This document shows positions 28,101 to 37,589 of a stretch of 64,000 bases of DNA, piece after piece. Every line of letters starts with the position of its first letter. Position 1 is the first letter of the stretch. A program made the translations under genes and the position numbers. The DNA is from Candidatus Acidiferrum sp. Lineage in GTDB: Bacteria > Verrucomicrobiota > Verrucomicrobiia > Limisphaerales > UBA11358. Where the stretch lies: NCBI GenBank assembly GCA_035506715.1, contig DATJOW010000144.1, forward strand, positions 4,560 through 68,559. The letters are read 5' to 3'. Below the pieces are notes generated by a model, which searched no databases, was not told the DNA's origin, and was given only the letters and a program-made list of their open reading frames with translations.

Positions 28101-28427
28101 ATCCAGAAACAGCTTCCGGATGCGGGCATGGGTCAGCTCCGGCGTGTTGGCCGGATCAAACGTGACAAAGCGCACGCCATCGAATCGCGCCAGCCCGTTG
28201 TAGGTGCCAATCCATAAATAGCCATCCGGTGTCTGGGCAATGGCCGTGACCGAACTGTCCGGCAGACCGTTCTCGGAAGTCCACACGTCGGTCGAATAAT
28301 CGTCTGCCGGACCGGCTCCGGGCACTGAGGGGCCGAGGGCCAGGAGGGCGAGCAACAGCCCGCCGGCCGCGAGCCGGCGGATCCCGGCCGTTTGGGCCGG
28401 GGCGAAGATCGGCATTGAGGCGCGCAT
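25197..28427 (-). CDS. Sensor histidine kinase with periplasmic beta-propeller repeats and a Y_Y_Y-like domain (HisKA_3/HATPase_c)
   Basis: ATG 28427 gives a signal/anchor sequence (MRASMPIFAPAQTAGIRRLAAGGLLLALLAL). Repeated propeller blades are present (LWIGTYNGLARFDG, VWIGTLSAGLDGW, LWAGTGSGELH, VWVGTFRGGLLRF, LWLGSHQGIFRI). Other elements: FEFRYTGLSL...FRYRLEG.DADW...PPGDYRFQV, a TM helix WWFRLLAGLVILTAVAG, the H-box RIAKDIHDDLGANLT, and IIEDNGCGF. Confidence 0.85.
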   Translation of the reverse strand: MRASMPIFAPAQTAGIRRLAAGGLLLALLALGPSVPGAGPADDYSTDVWTSENGLPDSSVTAIAQTPDGYLWIGTYNGLARFDGVRFVTFDPANTPELTHARIRKLFLDSQGTLWINTLDGSLTTVRHGTFALERRNPRSSEAEMTLVSSSSNRVIFLTSRGGLFRKSLNAPAGAGWEELTPPSRGTAALACEDGQGRLWYRDSNRQLWRFINDRFERLPEDAGLTDAGVDCLLTDPPGRLWAATDREIAVWDGAHFQNHTPTNLASPLGITLLAATSDGHIWLVANGDAGLAVDGCCRLQPEAARGFFKGNPGRIGVLEDHRGGMWFYSFGRGLAHADAAGQFQQLTSRDGFPGDRVNCFFEDHEGNWWAGLEAQGLVRLRERQFHTMTAGDATPAPAAKSVCQDSNGTVWIGTLSAGLDGWHGGDYTNLAVVEEALPASVFCVCPDSLGRLWVSAGDEDLYLGEKGKFTRVSPVVHGVKAILAGRTGRVWFGTTSGLFFADPQSPNEIQPFKGITHRNVRAISEDQSGTLWAGTGSGELHAIAGDTTTVFRPTDDQESGAIWSLLADQDGTVWVGTFRGGLLRFRNGQFTRFSKKDGLPDNVICQILDDGRGNLWLGSHQGIFRIAKSALNDLAQGKGQGGFISSVAYGRSDGLPSLECSGGYQPAAWAGQDGRLWFTTAKGATWIQPEQLHPNPIPPPVVIEEVLVDGQAKSLAVPDDADAARSDTGIPRLEVPPGKHQFEFRYTGLSLVSSDRIQFRYRLEGADADWVQAGTRRFAHYNILPPGDYRFQVIAGNSDSVWNTTGRTLAVKILPHLYETWWFRLLAGLVILTAVAGTVRYTATRQLHRKMEQLERQRAVERERARIAKDIHDDLGANLTLIAVLGDLAKKERAEERIEKMSRTARQAVKSLDEIVWAVNPRNDTLAHLIDYTAQFTTDYLRDGGIRCLLDVPEQISPREVPANVRHNVFLAVKEALQNIVKHARATEVWLRISTIPSGLRLIIEDNGCGFAGPSPDAWADGLGNMRQRLTEIGGECRVQSRIGAGTVITIEFPWPHGESPGSYLHPITGEKNPP

Positions 28428-28737
28428 GATACGACGTTCGTTCCGCGGTTCGGCGGAATCGGGGAACGCAAGTGATGGTAGTGTGCTGTAGCCGACACTT
28501 CTTTGCAATGCCGGTTGCCGGATGAAGACCTTGAACTGCCCTCGCCCCGGCCCTCTCCCATCGAATGGGCAAGGGTGGCCGCAGGCCGGGTGAGGGTCTA
28601 TGTCAGCCATCCGCTCGATAAACCTCTCGCTGTTATATCACACTACCGGTTGCGACGCGTTCAGAAGATCATAAAACACCGGGCTGGTGTTTTGCCGGGC
28701 AACCCTGTATCTAAACCCTTGCAATCAATCGCGTCTC

Positions 28738-31044
28738 ATGGAACGGAGACAGTTTATGAAAAAAAATTTCACCCGGTGGTTCGCCCTGTTATTCACCCTG
28801 GTCATTATCCCGGGCGCCCTCGCGCCGGCCCAAACGACCAACGTCACGGGGGAGACCACGAATGCGGTCGTTTCCACCCCGGAAGCGACGAATGCACCCG
28901 AAGCCGCCTCGCCTCCGTCGAACACCATTCCGGTCCTGCGAATCAAGGCCGACCAGGTCACCGCGAAGGTCAGCCCGATGCTTTACGGGCTGATGACCGA
29001 GGAGATCAATTATGCCTACGAAGGCGGACTTTATGGCGAGTTGATCCGCAACCGCTCCTTCAAGGCCAACCCGACTAATGCGGTTTTCTGGGAGCCGTAC
29101 GGGAACGCGGTCCTTGCGCTCGACACCAATCAGCCGCTCAATGCTGCGCTGAACGTGAGTTTAAAGCTGGACACGAGCAAAGCCTCCAAGAAGTCGCCCG
29201 TCGGCATCGTCAATGGCGGTTACTGGGGCATCGCCCTGCGGCCCAACACGACCTATCGCGCGTCGTTCTATGCCAAGGGGGAGCATTTCTCCGGGCCGCT
29301 GACGATCAGCCTGGTCAATGTTCCGAACCCGTCTAATGTAACAATCAAGGTCCATTCCTTGAACGGCAAAAATCCGGAAGAGTCCGAAACGGCGCAATGG
29401 CGCTCGGTTGCATTTACGAATGGCTCGACGGTGTCGACCGGCTGGGTGGCTTCGGTGAATCGCCCAGGAGGGAGATTTGATTGGTATCTTGGAGGTGGTT
29501 CCTCCGGAGGAATCCAGTTTCGGGTCGCCAGTGCCACCATTCCCAAAATCTCGGATAAGTGGCAGAAATACGAAGTGACGCTGACGACAGGCAATATCGC
29601 GCCGTCCAAGGACAATCAGCTGGTGATTTCCACAACTGATTCCGGCTCCTTCTGGCATCGGCACAGCGCAGTCTGGCTCCAGCAGGTCTCGCTTTTTCCG
29701 CCGACATACAACAACCGCTCGAACGGTAACCGGCCCGACCTCATGCAGCTCATGGCCGACATTCACCCGAAGTTTCTCCGCTTTCCCGGCGGCAATTATC
29801 TCGAAGGCAATTATATCTGGACCCGGTTCAACTGGAAAAACACGGTCGGCGACGTGGCCGGGCGGCCCGGACATGACAACGACGCCTGGGGCTACTGGTC
29901 CACCGACGGCATGGGCCTGCTGGAATTCCTCAACTGGTGCGAAGACCTGAACATGGAGCCCGTGCTCGCCGTTTATGCCGGTTATTCCCTCCGGCGCGAC
30001 TTCGTCAAGCCTGGCCCTGACTTGGAGCCCTACGTCAAGGACGCGCTCGATGAAATCGAATATGTCATCGGCGACGCGAGCACACCGTGGGGCGCGCGCC
30101 GCGCCGCGGACGGCCATCCTGCGCCGTTCCCGCTGCGCTATATCGAGATCGGCAACGAAGACTGGTTCGACCGTTCCGGAAGTTATGACGGGCGGTTCAC
30201 GCAATTTTACGATGCCATCAAGGCGATGCATCCCCACTTGCAGCTCATCGCCACGACCCCGGTGAAAAGCCGTCAGCCCGATGTGATTGACGAGCACTTC
30301 TACCGGTCGCAGCAGGAAATGGAAGCGCACGCGCACGATTACGACCAGCGCCCCCGCGATGGCAAACCCAAGGTGTTCGTCGGCGAATGGGCCACCCGCG
30401 TCGGCAGCCCCACGCCCAACATGGCCGGCGCGCTCGGCGACGCCGCGTGGATGACCGGCATGGAACGCAATTCCGACCTGGTTATCATGTCCTGCTACGC
30501 GCCGCTGTTCGTCAATGTCAGCGATTTCGGCAAAGGGCGTTCAATGCAGTGGAAGACAGACTTGATCGGCTACGACGCGCTCAGCAGCTACGGTTCGCCG
30601 GCCTACTACGCGCAAAAGATGTTCAGCACGCTCCATGGCAATGAGGTGCTGGCGACGGACTCGCAAAACCTCCCGACGTATGCCTGGCAGCCGCCGGCCC
30701 GGCGCAACCGCGGTGGGGTCGACCAACCGGCTCCGCCGCCGCAGGAGGTGCCCACGTTGTTTTTTGACGCGACCCGCGACCGGCAAAGCGGAACCATCTA
30801 TCTGAAAGTCGTCAACCGCCAGGGCACGCCCCAAACCGTGAAGATCGAAATCAGCGGTGTCGCCGCGGTTGAACCGAGAGGCACGGCCACCGTGCTGAAG
30901 GCGAACAGCCCGGAGGACACGAATTCGATCCAGGAACCAACAAAGATCATACCCGTCACGGAGAAAACGGACGGACTGGGCACGGACTTCACGCGCGAAT
31001 TCCCGCCTTATTCCATCACGGTTTTGGGATTACACGCCCAGTGA
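28738..31044 (+). CDS. Alpha-L-arabinofuranosidase, GH51 (long form with an N-terminal beta-sandwich)
   Basis: Signal peptide (M)KKNFTRWFALLFTLVIIPGALAPAQT. Motifs: RFPGGNYLEGNY, RYIEIGNEDWF (acid/base), VFVGEWA (nucleophile region), SCYAPLFVN. The start may be ATG 28738 or 28756. Confidence 0.85.
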   Translation: MERRQFMKKNFTRWFALLFTLVIIPGALAPAQTTNVTGETTNAVVSTPEATNAPEAASPPSNTIPVLRIKADQVTAKVSPMLYGLMTEEINYAYEGGLYGELIRNRSFKANPTNAVFWEPYGNAVLALDTNQPLNAALNVSLKLDTSKASKKSPVGIVNGGYWGIALRPNTTYRASFYAKGEHFSGPLTISLVNVPNPSNVTIKVHSLNGKNPEESETAQWRSVAFTNGSTVSTGWVASVNRPGGRFDWYLGGGSSGGIQFRVASATIPKISDKWQKYEVTLTTGNIAPSKDNQLVISTTDSGSFWHRHSAVWLQQVSLFPPTYNNRSNGNRPDLMQLMADIHPKFLRFPGGNYLEGNYIWTRFNWKNTVGDVAGRPGHDNDAWGYWSTDGMGLLEFLNWCEDLNMEPVLAVYAGYSLRRDFVKPGPDLEPYVKDALDEIEYVIGDASTPWGARRAADGHPAPFPLRYIEIGNEDWFDRSGSYDGRFTQFYDAIKAMHPHLQLIATTPVKSRQPDVIDEHFYRSQQEMEAHAHDYDQRPRDGKPKVFVGEWATRVGSPTPNMAGALGDAAWMTGMERNSDLVIMSCYAPLFVNVSDFGKGRSMQWKTDLIGYDALSSYGSPAYYAQKMFSTLHGNEVLATDSQNLPTYAWQPPARRNRGGVDQPAPPPQEVPTLFFDATRDRQSGTIYLKVVNRQGTPQTVKIEISGVAAVEPRGTATVLKANSPEDTNSIQEPTKIIPVTEKTDGLGTDFTREFPPYSITVLGLHAQ

Positions 31045-31079
31045 CCGGTTCCCGCCGGTCAAGGCCCGGACGAGGCGAT

Positions 31080-31110
31080 TGGCGATGCGAGGGTCGCCAG
31101 TTTTATTTTC
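31080..31110 (+). terminator. Rho-independent terminator after the GH51 gene
   Basis: TGGCGA-tgcgaggg-TCGCCA is followed directly by GTTTTATTTTC. Confidence 0.55.
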
Positions 31111-31178
31111 AGATTCCGTTCGCCTTCAGGCAGGAGCGGTCTGATAATCTCCAGTGAATAAACTTAAGTTCATTTTCC

Positions 31179-33353
31179 ATGACCAGGGGCATTGCCAATT
31201 TCGCATCCAAATCCGTCTGGCTTGGGCTGGCCCTGGTGGTGTTGACACCCGGAATTGAGCCCGCCTTCGGAGCGTTTGGGGTTACCAGCAGCGGGGGTTA
31301 CTACACCGTGGATACCGGCGGCGGTCTGGTATTCAAGGTCAATCAAGCCAGCGGGGACATCACCTCCCTGAATTTCAACGGCACGGAATACCAGTCCACG
31401 AGCAAGAATTCACAAATCGCCTCCGGTCTGGGGTCGGCGACGGTGACCGCCACCACTTACGGCAGCAGTTATATCAAGATCACCATCTACAGCGGGCCGA
31501 ATAATACGGTGGTGACCAACCTGACCCATTACTTGATGGTGAAAAACGGTGATCCAATCATCTACATGGCCACGTACGCCATCAACGAACCGAGCGTGGG
31601 GGAACTGCGCTGGATCACCCGTTTGCAGTGGAATAAGGTCCCCAACGGCCCGCCCCCATCCGACAACAACGGCAATACCGGAGCGATTGAAAGCTCGGAC
31701 GTGTTCGGCTACGCGAACGGGCAGACGACCTCGAAGTATTACGGCCGGCATCGCGCCCTCGAGTTGACTTGCAGCGGGGCCACCGGCAGCGGCGTCGGCG
31801 TCTGGATGGTGTTCGACAATCGCGAAAGCAGTTCCGGCGGCCCGTTCTTCCGGGACATTGAAAATCAGGGCGACGGAGCCAACAGCGATCAGGAAGTTTA
31901 CAATTACATGAACTCCGGCCACGAGCAAACGGAAGCCTGGCGGCTCGGAGGCGTGCTGTACGGTCCTTATGCGCTGGTTTTTACCACGGGCGCGCCGCCG
32001 GCCCTGCCGCTGGATTATTCCTGGATCGAAACCGGCGGGTTGAATTTGTTGGGCTGGGTTTCCGCCACGAACCGGGGAGCGGTCAAGGGCGTTGTGGCCG
32101 GCATCCCTGCCGGTTTCCTGGGCGTGGTCGGCTTTGCCAACACGAGCGCGCAATACTGGGCTGTCGTGGCGACCAATGGAACCTACACGACTCCACTGAT
32201 GAAACCCGGCACGTATGCCGTAACGCTCTACAAAAGCGAACTGCCGGTTACCAACGGCACGGTGACGGTCAGTGCCGGCGTCACGAATATCTTGAACCTG
32301 GTTTCCGGGGAAGCCAGCCCGTCGTACATCTTCAAAATCGGCGAATGGGACGGCACGCCGGCCGGGTTGTTGAATGCGGGCAATATCATCAATATGCACC
32401 CACAGGATGTTCGCAATGCCAGTTGGGGGCCCGTAACTTATGTGGTCGGCAACAACTCGCCTGGAGACTTCCCCGCCATCCAAATGCGCGGCACCAACAG
32501 TCCCACCACCATTCTGTTCAACCTCACCGCCGATCAAATCGCCAATCTCACCCTGCGGCTCGGCATGACCTGTGCCTACAACGGCGGCCGGCCGCAGGTC
32601 ACCATCAATGGCAATACCCGGCCTTATCCGGGCGCTTCCAGCCAGCCCAACTCGCGAAGCTTCACCGTCGGTACCTATCGCGGCAATCAGACCAATGAAA
32701 CCTACACCCTCCCGTCCAGCACGCTGGTGGTCGGTCAAAATACGCTGACCATCAACCCCGTCAGCGGCTCTTCGGATCTGGGTCCCTGGCTCAGCGCCGG
32801 CTGGGTGTATGACGCGATTGAACTCGACGTTCCCAACACCGGTCCGGCGGCCCCGGCCGCTCCCGGCGACTTGACCGTTTCGGCGCTTTTCGGCGGCCAG
32901 CTTGAGCTGGCGTGGACGGACAACTCAGCCAATGAAGTCAACTTCTTGATCGAGCGGTCGCTCGATAATGCAACCTTTAGCCTGGTTGCCGCAGTGACCG
33001 CCGACGTGACCAACCTCACCGACACCGGTCTTTTGCCCGGCACGACTTATTATTATCGCGTCCGGGCGGGCAACGCCGGTGGCGATTCGGCTTACTCGGC
33101 CACCGCCAGCAACACGACCCTCCCGTTGCGTTTTACGGGCCTGACGGTTGCGCCCGCCGGACTGGTTTTCAGCGGCAGCGGCGGCGGGGCCGGCGAAACC
33201 TTCCGCGTCCTGGCCACCACGAATGTGACGGCGGCTCCGGCCTCTTGGCAGCCGGTGGCGACCAACCGGTTTGATCCCTACGGCTTTTTCAACTTTACCA
33301 ACTCCTTCTATCCGGCCGACCCGCAACGATTTTATCTGATTCAATGGCCATGA
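31179..33353 (+). CDS. Rhamnogalacturonan lyase, PL4-like, with FN3 and a C-terminal ...FYLIQWP domain
   Basis: After the signal peptide, FGVTSSGGYYTVDTGGGLVFKVNQASGDITSLNFNGTEYQ resembles the N-terminus of PL4 RG lyases as I recall them. An FN3 module follows (LAWTDNSANE...TTYYYRVRAGN), then a 75-aa terminal domain. Confidence 0.75.
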   Translation: MTRGIANFASKSVWLGLALVVLTPGIEPAFGAFGVTSSGGYYTVDTGGGLVFKVNQASGDITSLNFNGTEYQSTSKNSQIASGLGSATVTATTYGSSYIKITIYSGPNNTVVTNLTHYLMVKNGDPIIYMATYAINEPSVGELRWITRLQWNKVPNGPPPSDNNGNTGAIESSDVFGYANGQTTSKYYGRHRALELTCSGATGSGVGVWMVFDNRESSSGGPFFRDIENQGDGANSDQEVYNYMNSGHEQTEAWRLGGVLYGPYALVFTTGAPPALPLDYSWIETGGLNLLGWVSATNRGAVKGVVAGIPAGFLGVVGFANTSAQYWAVVATNGTYTTPLMKPGTYAVTLYKSELPVTNGTVTVSAGVTNILNLVSGEASPSYIFKIGEWDGTPAGLLNAGNIINMHPQDVRNASWGPVTYVVGNNSPGDFPAIQMRGTNSPTTILFNLTADQIANLTLRLGMTCAYNGGRPQVTINGNTRPYPGASSQPNSRSFTVGTYRGNQTNETYTLPSSTLVVGQNTLTINPVSGSSDLGPWLSAGWVYDAIELDVPNTGPAAPAAPGDLTVSALFGGQLELAWTDNSANEVNFLIERSLDNATFSLVAAVTADVTNLTDTGLLPGTTYYYRVRAGNAGGDSAYSATASNTTLPLRFTGLTVAPAGLVFSGSGGGAGETFRVLATTNVTAAPASWQPVATNRFDPYGFFNFTNSFYPADPQRFYLIQWP

Positions 33354-33426
33354 GTTGGCGGCGCCACTCCATCCACGGGCGTGCGCTCGGCGTCACCTTT
33401 GACGGTCGCTTCGCGTCTAACCCCCA

Positions 33427-35646
33427 ATGCCCTTCGCCAAACTCAACCGTCTGATATGGGTGCACGCGATTCTGGCGGTCGGAGCCGTGGCGCCGTCGCC
33501 CGCCAGCGCCGAGCCGCCGGTAACGCTCTCCGAAGGTGATTCCAGGTTCGTGCTCGACAACGGGCTGGTGACCGCGCAGGTCGCCAAGCGCTCCGGCGAT
33601 TTAATTTCGCTGAAATACAAAAGCCTCGAGTTGCTGGAGGCCGGCTCCGGACATCCCTTCGGTTATTGGTCGCACGACGCCTCCCGGGGCCGGCATGAAA
33701 CCCGCATCACGATTGATCCCCGAACGAATGGCGGCGCGCTGGGCGAGGTTTCGGTCAAGGGCATTTATGTGTCTCCCGCAGGGGGCGCTGGCGCCTTCGG
33801 CGGTTTCGGTCGCGGCGGCACGGCCTGCGACGTTGAAATCCGCTACACCCTGGCGCGCGGGCTGGCGGGCGTTTACACGTATTCAATTTTTGAGCACCGG
33901 ACGAATTACTCGCTGACCGGCATCGGCGAGGCGCGCTTTGCGGCCAAACTCAATCCGGACATTTTCGATTATCTCAACGTGGACGCCCGGCGCCGCAAGA
34001 TCATGCTCACGCCGCCGGACTGGCTGGCCGGGACCGAGTTGAATTTTCCCGAGGCGCGACGGCTCAGCACCGGCATTTACCGCGGCCAGGTTGAACACAA
34101 ATACGATTACGCGGCGAATCAATTCGAAACCCGCGCTTACGGCTGGCTGGGCACGAAATCACATGTCGGGCTCTGGTTCATCAACCCGTCCGTCGAATAC
34201 CTGAGCGGTGGCCCGACGAAATATGAATTGACCGGCCATCTGGACATCAGCGCGGAAGCCGCGCCGGTGCTTTTGAACTACTGGCGCAGCAGCCACTACG
34301 GCGGCGCCGTCTGTTTCGTCACCAACGGCGAGCCCTGGACCCGGGTGGTCGGGCCGTTCCTGATTTACTGCAATGCTGCGGAGACCCCGGATGCGATGTG
34401 GCAGGATGCACTGGCCCGGGCGGTGCAGGAACAAACGGCCTGGCCCTACGACTGGGTCGGCGGCGTGGATTACCCGCACCGAGCCGACCGTGCGACGGTC
34501 AAAGGTCAACTGGTTTTAAACGATCCGCCGGCGCCGAAGGTGAACATACACCACCTGCTCGTCGGGTTGACGGCGCCGGATTACCTGCCGCCGCGATTGA
34601 ACCGCGGCTTCGGCGGCTTCGGCCTGTTCAGCCCGGCGGGTGGCGGCGAGGATGATGGCAACAACCAGCCCGGCGGCGGCTTGACCAATTCAATCGGGCA
34701 CAGCGGTGAAATTGCCGGAGGCGATGAAACAAACCGGCTGGTAGTCTCCAACCGAGAGCGCAGCAACAACTACGGTTCTGGCCAGGTTGACACCAATCGT
34801 TCTCGCGGCGGCCGTTTCGGTCGCGCCGGCTTCGGCGGGTTTGGCGGGTTTGGCGGCCCGCGCGTCGTGGACTGGCAGAATGACGCGAAGCACTACGAAT
34901 TCTGGGAGCGCGGCGACACCTCGGGACGCTTCATCATTCCGGCTGTCCGTCCCGGCACTTACACGCTGCACGCCATCGCCGATGGCGTCCTGGGTGAATT
35001 CGTCCTGACCAATGTCGTTGTGACCCCTGGCCAGACGCTGGACCTCGGCAAGTTGAACTGGCCGCCGGTCCGCTACGGTCGCCAGCTCTGGGACATCGGC
35101 ATCCCGAATCGCACCGGCGCGGAATTCTTCAAGGGCGACGATTATTATCACTGGGGCTGGTATCTTGAATACCCGAAGCTGTTCCCGCAGGATGTGAACT
35201 ACATCATCGGCAGGAGCGATTTTCGCAAGGACTGGTTTTTCGAGCAGGTGCCGCACAATCCGGATCCGAACAACGCCGACGGCCGCGGCCGGGGCCGCGA
35301 AACGACGTGGTCCATCACCTTCAACCTGCCGGAGGCTCCGAAGGGCCGCGCAACCTTGCGGCTGGCCATCTGCGGTGCGGGCACGCGCACGTTGATCGTG
35401 CGTGTAAACGGCCAGCCCGCCGGCACCGTCACCAATCTGGTTTACAACGCCACCATCAACCGGGACGGCATCGGCGGCTCATGGTCGGAGCACGACCTGG
35501 CCTTTGACGCGGCCTTGATGAAATCGGGGACCAATGTGATGCAACTGACCATTCCGGCCGGCTCGCTTACCAGCGGCGTCATCTACGATTACGTGCGGTT
35601 GGAGCTGGATGAGCACGCGTTGCCGCCCCAGGCCGGTGGATCCTGA
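33427..35646 (+). CDS. Rhamnogalacturonan lyase, PL4 (plant/bacterial type) with Gly/Phe/Arg-rich insertions
   Basis: Signal peptide, then FVLDNGLVTAQVAKRSGDLISLKYKSLELLE...GYWSH. The middle domain WQNDAKHYEFWERGDTSGRFIIPAVRPGTYTLHA and a C-terminal CBM-like segment (LRLAICGAG..., IYDYVRLE) are present. Confidence 0.8.
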   Translation: MPFAKLNRLIWVHAILAVGAVAPSPASAEPPVTLSEGDSRFVLDNGLVTAQVAKRSGDLISLKYKSLELLEAGSGHPFGYWSHDASRGRHETRITIDPRTNGGALGEVSVKGIYVSPAGGAGAFGGFGRGGTACDVEIRYTLARGLAGVYTYSIFEHRTNYSLTGIGEARFAAKLNPDIFDYLNVDARRRKIMLTPPDWLAGTELNFPEARRLSTGIYRGQVEHKYDYAANQFETRAYGWLGTKSHVGLWFINPSVEYLSGGPTKYELTGHLDISAEAAPVLLNYWRSSHYGGAVCFVTNGEPWTRVVGPFLIYCNAAETPDAMWQDALARAVQEQTAWPYDWVGGVDYPHRADRATVKGQLVLNDPPAPKVNIHHLLVGLTAPDYLPPRLNRGFGGFGLFSPAGGGEDDGNNQPGGGLTNSIGHSGEIAGGDETNRLVVSNRERSNNYGSGQVDTNRSRGGRFGRAGFGGFGGFGGPRVVDWQNDAKHYEFWERGDTSGRFIIPAVRPGTYTLHAIADGVLGEFVLTNVVVTPGQTLDLGKLNWPPVRYGRQLWDIGIPNRTGAEFFKGDDYYHWGWYLEYPKLFPQDVNYIIGRSDFRKDWFFEQVPHNPDPNNADGRGRGRETTWSITFNLPEAPKGRATLRLAICGAGTRTLIVRVNGQPAGTVTNLVYNATINRDGIGGSWSEHDLAFDAALMKSGTNVMQLTIPAGSLTSGVIYDYVRLELDEHALPPQAGGS

Positions 35647-35711
35647 AAAACTCCCCGGCCCGTCGCCGCCGGCTGCGGAGGACAAGTCGGCAATGATTTG
35701 CCGTTCGGCGA

Positions 35712-37196
<1,485 letters not shown>

Positions 37197-37589
37197 AAAT
37201 TCAATTGACTGGATTGACTGGATTTCAACCCCGGAGGGCGCGTCCTCAACGCCTTGGACGGTCGGCAACCGGAAAAGTTCAAATTGGATTTGTCAACCGA
37301 GCGTTCAAGGCGTCATGACCTCAATACGGCAGGGGAAATTTCGCAGTCAACTCAGGCACACGGTGGCGCAGCCCGGCCGCGCTGTCAAGCTGCTAAACCG
37401 TTTTTTTTCTTGGGCGCTTTCCGCCCTCGCCGGTGCTGTCGGGCGAACCGGGTACCGGATGGGAAACTGTTTATCCGTTATGCCCGGAGGCGCTTCGAGG
37501 GCGCCTTTGGAAAATTCTTGCGATAAGACAGTTTATGAATTCGTTGGTGGCCTGGCCAGATTCTTCACACTTTGCCAGCTACGACCTTG

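Noticed and set aside
37205-37222. The tandem 9-mer TTGACTGGA x2 just upstream of the rho ATG (37196), considered as a regulatory repeat.
   Set aside because: There are only two copies. It would be coding (IQSIQS) if the TTG at 37268 is the real start. I cannot distinguish these possibilities from sequence alone.
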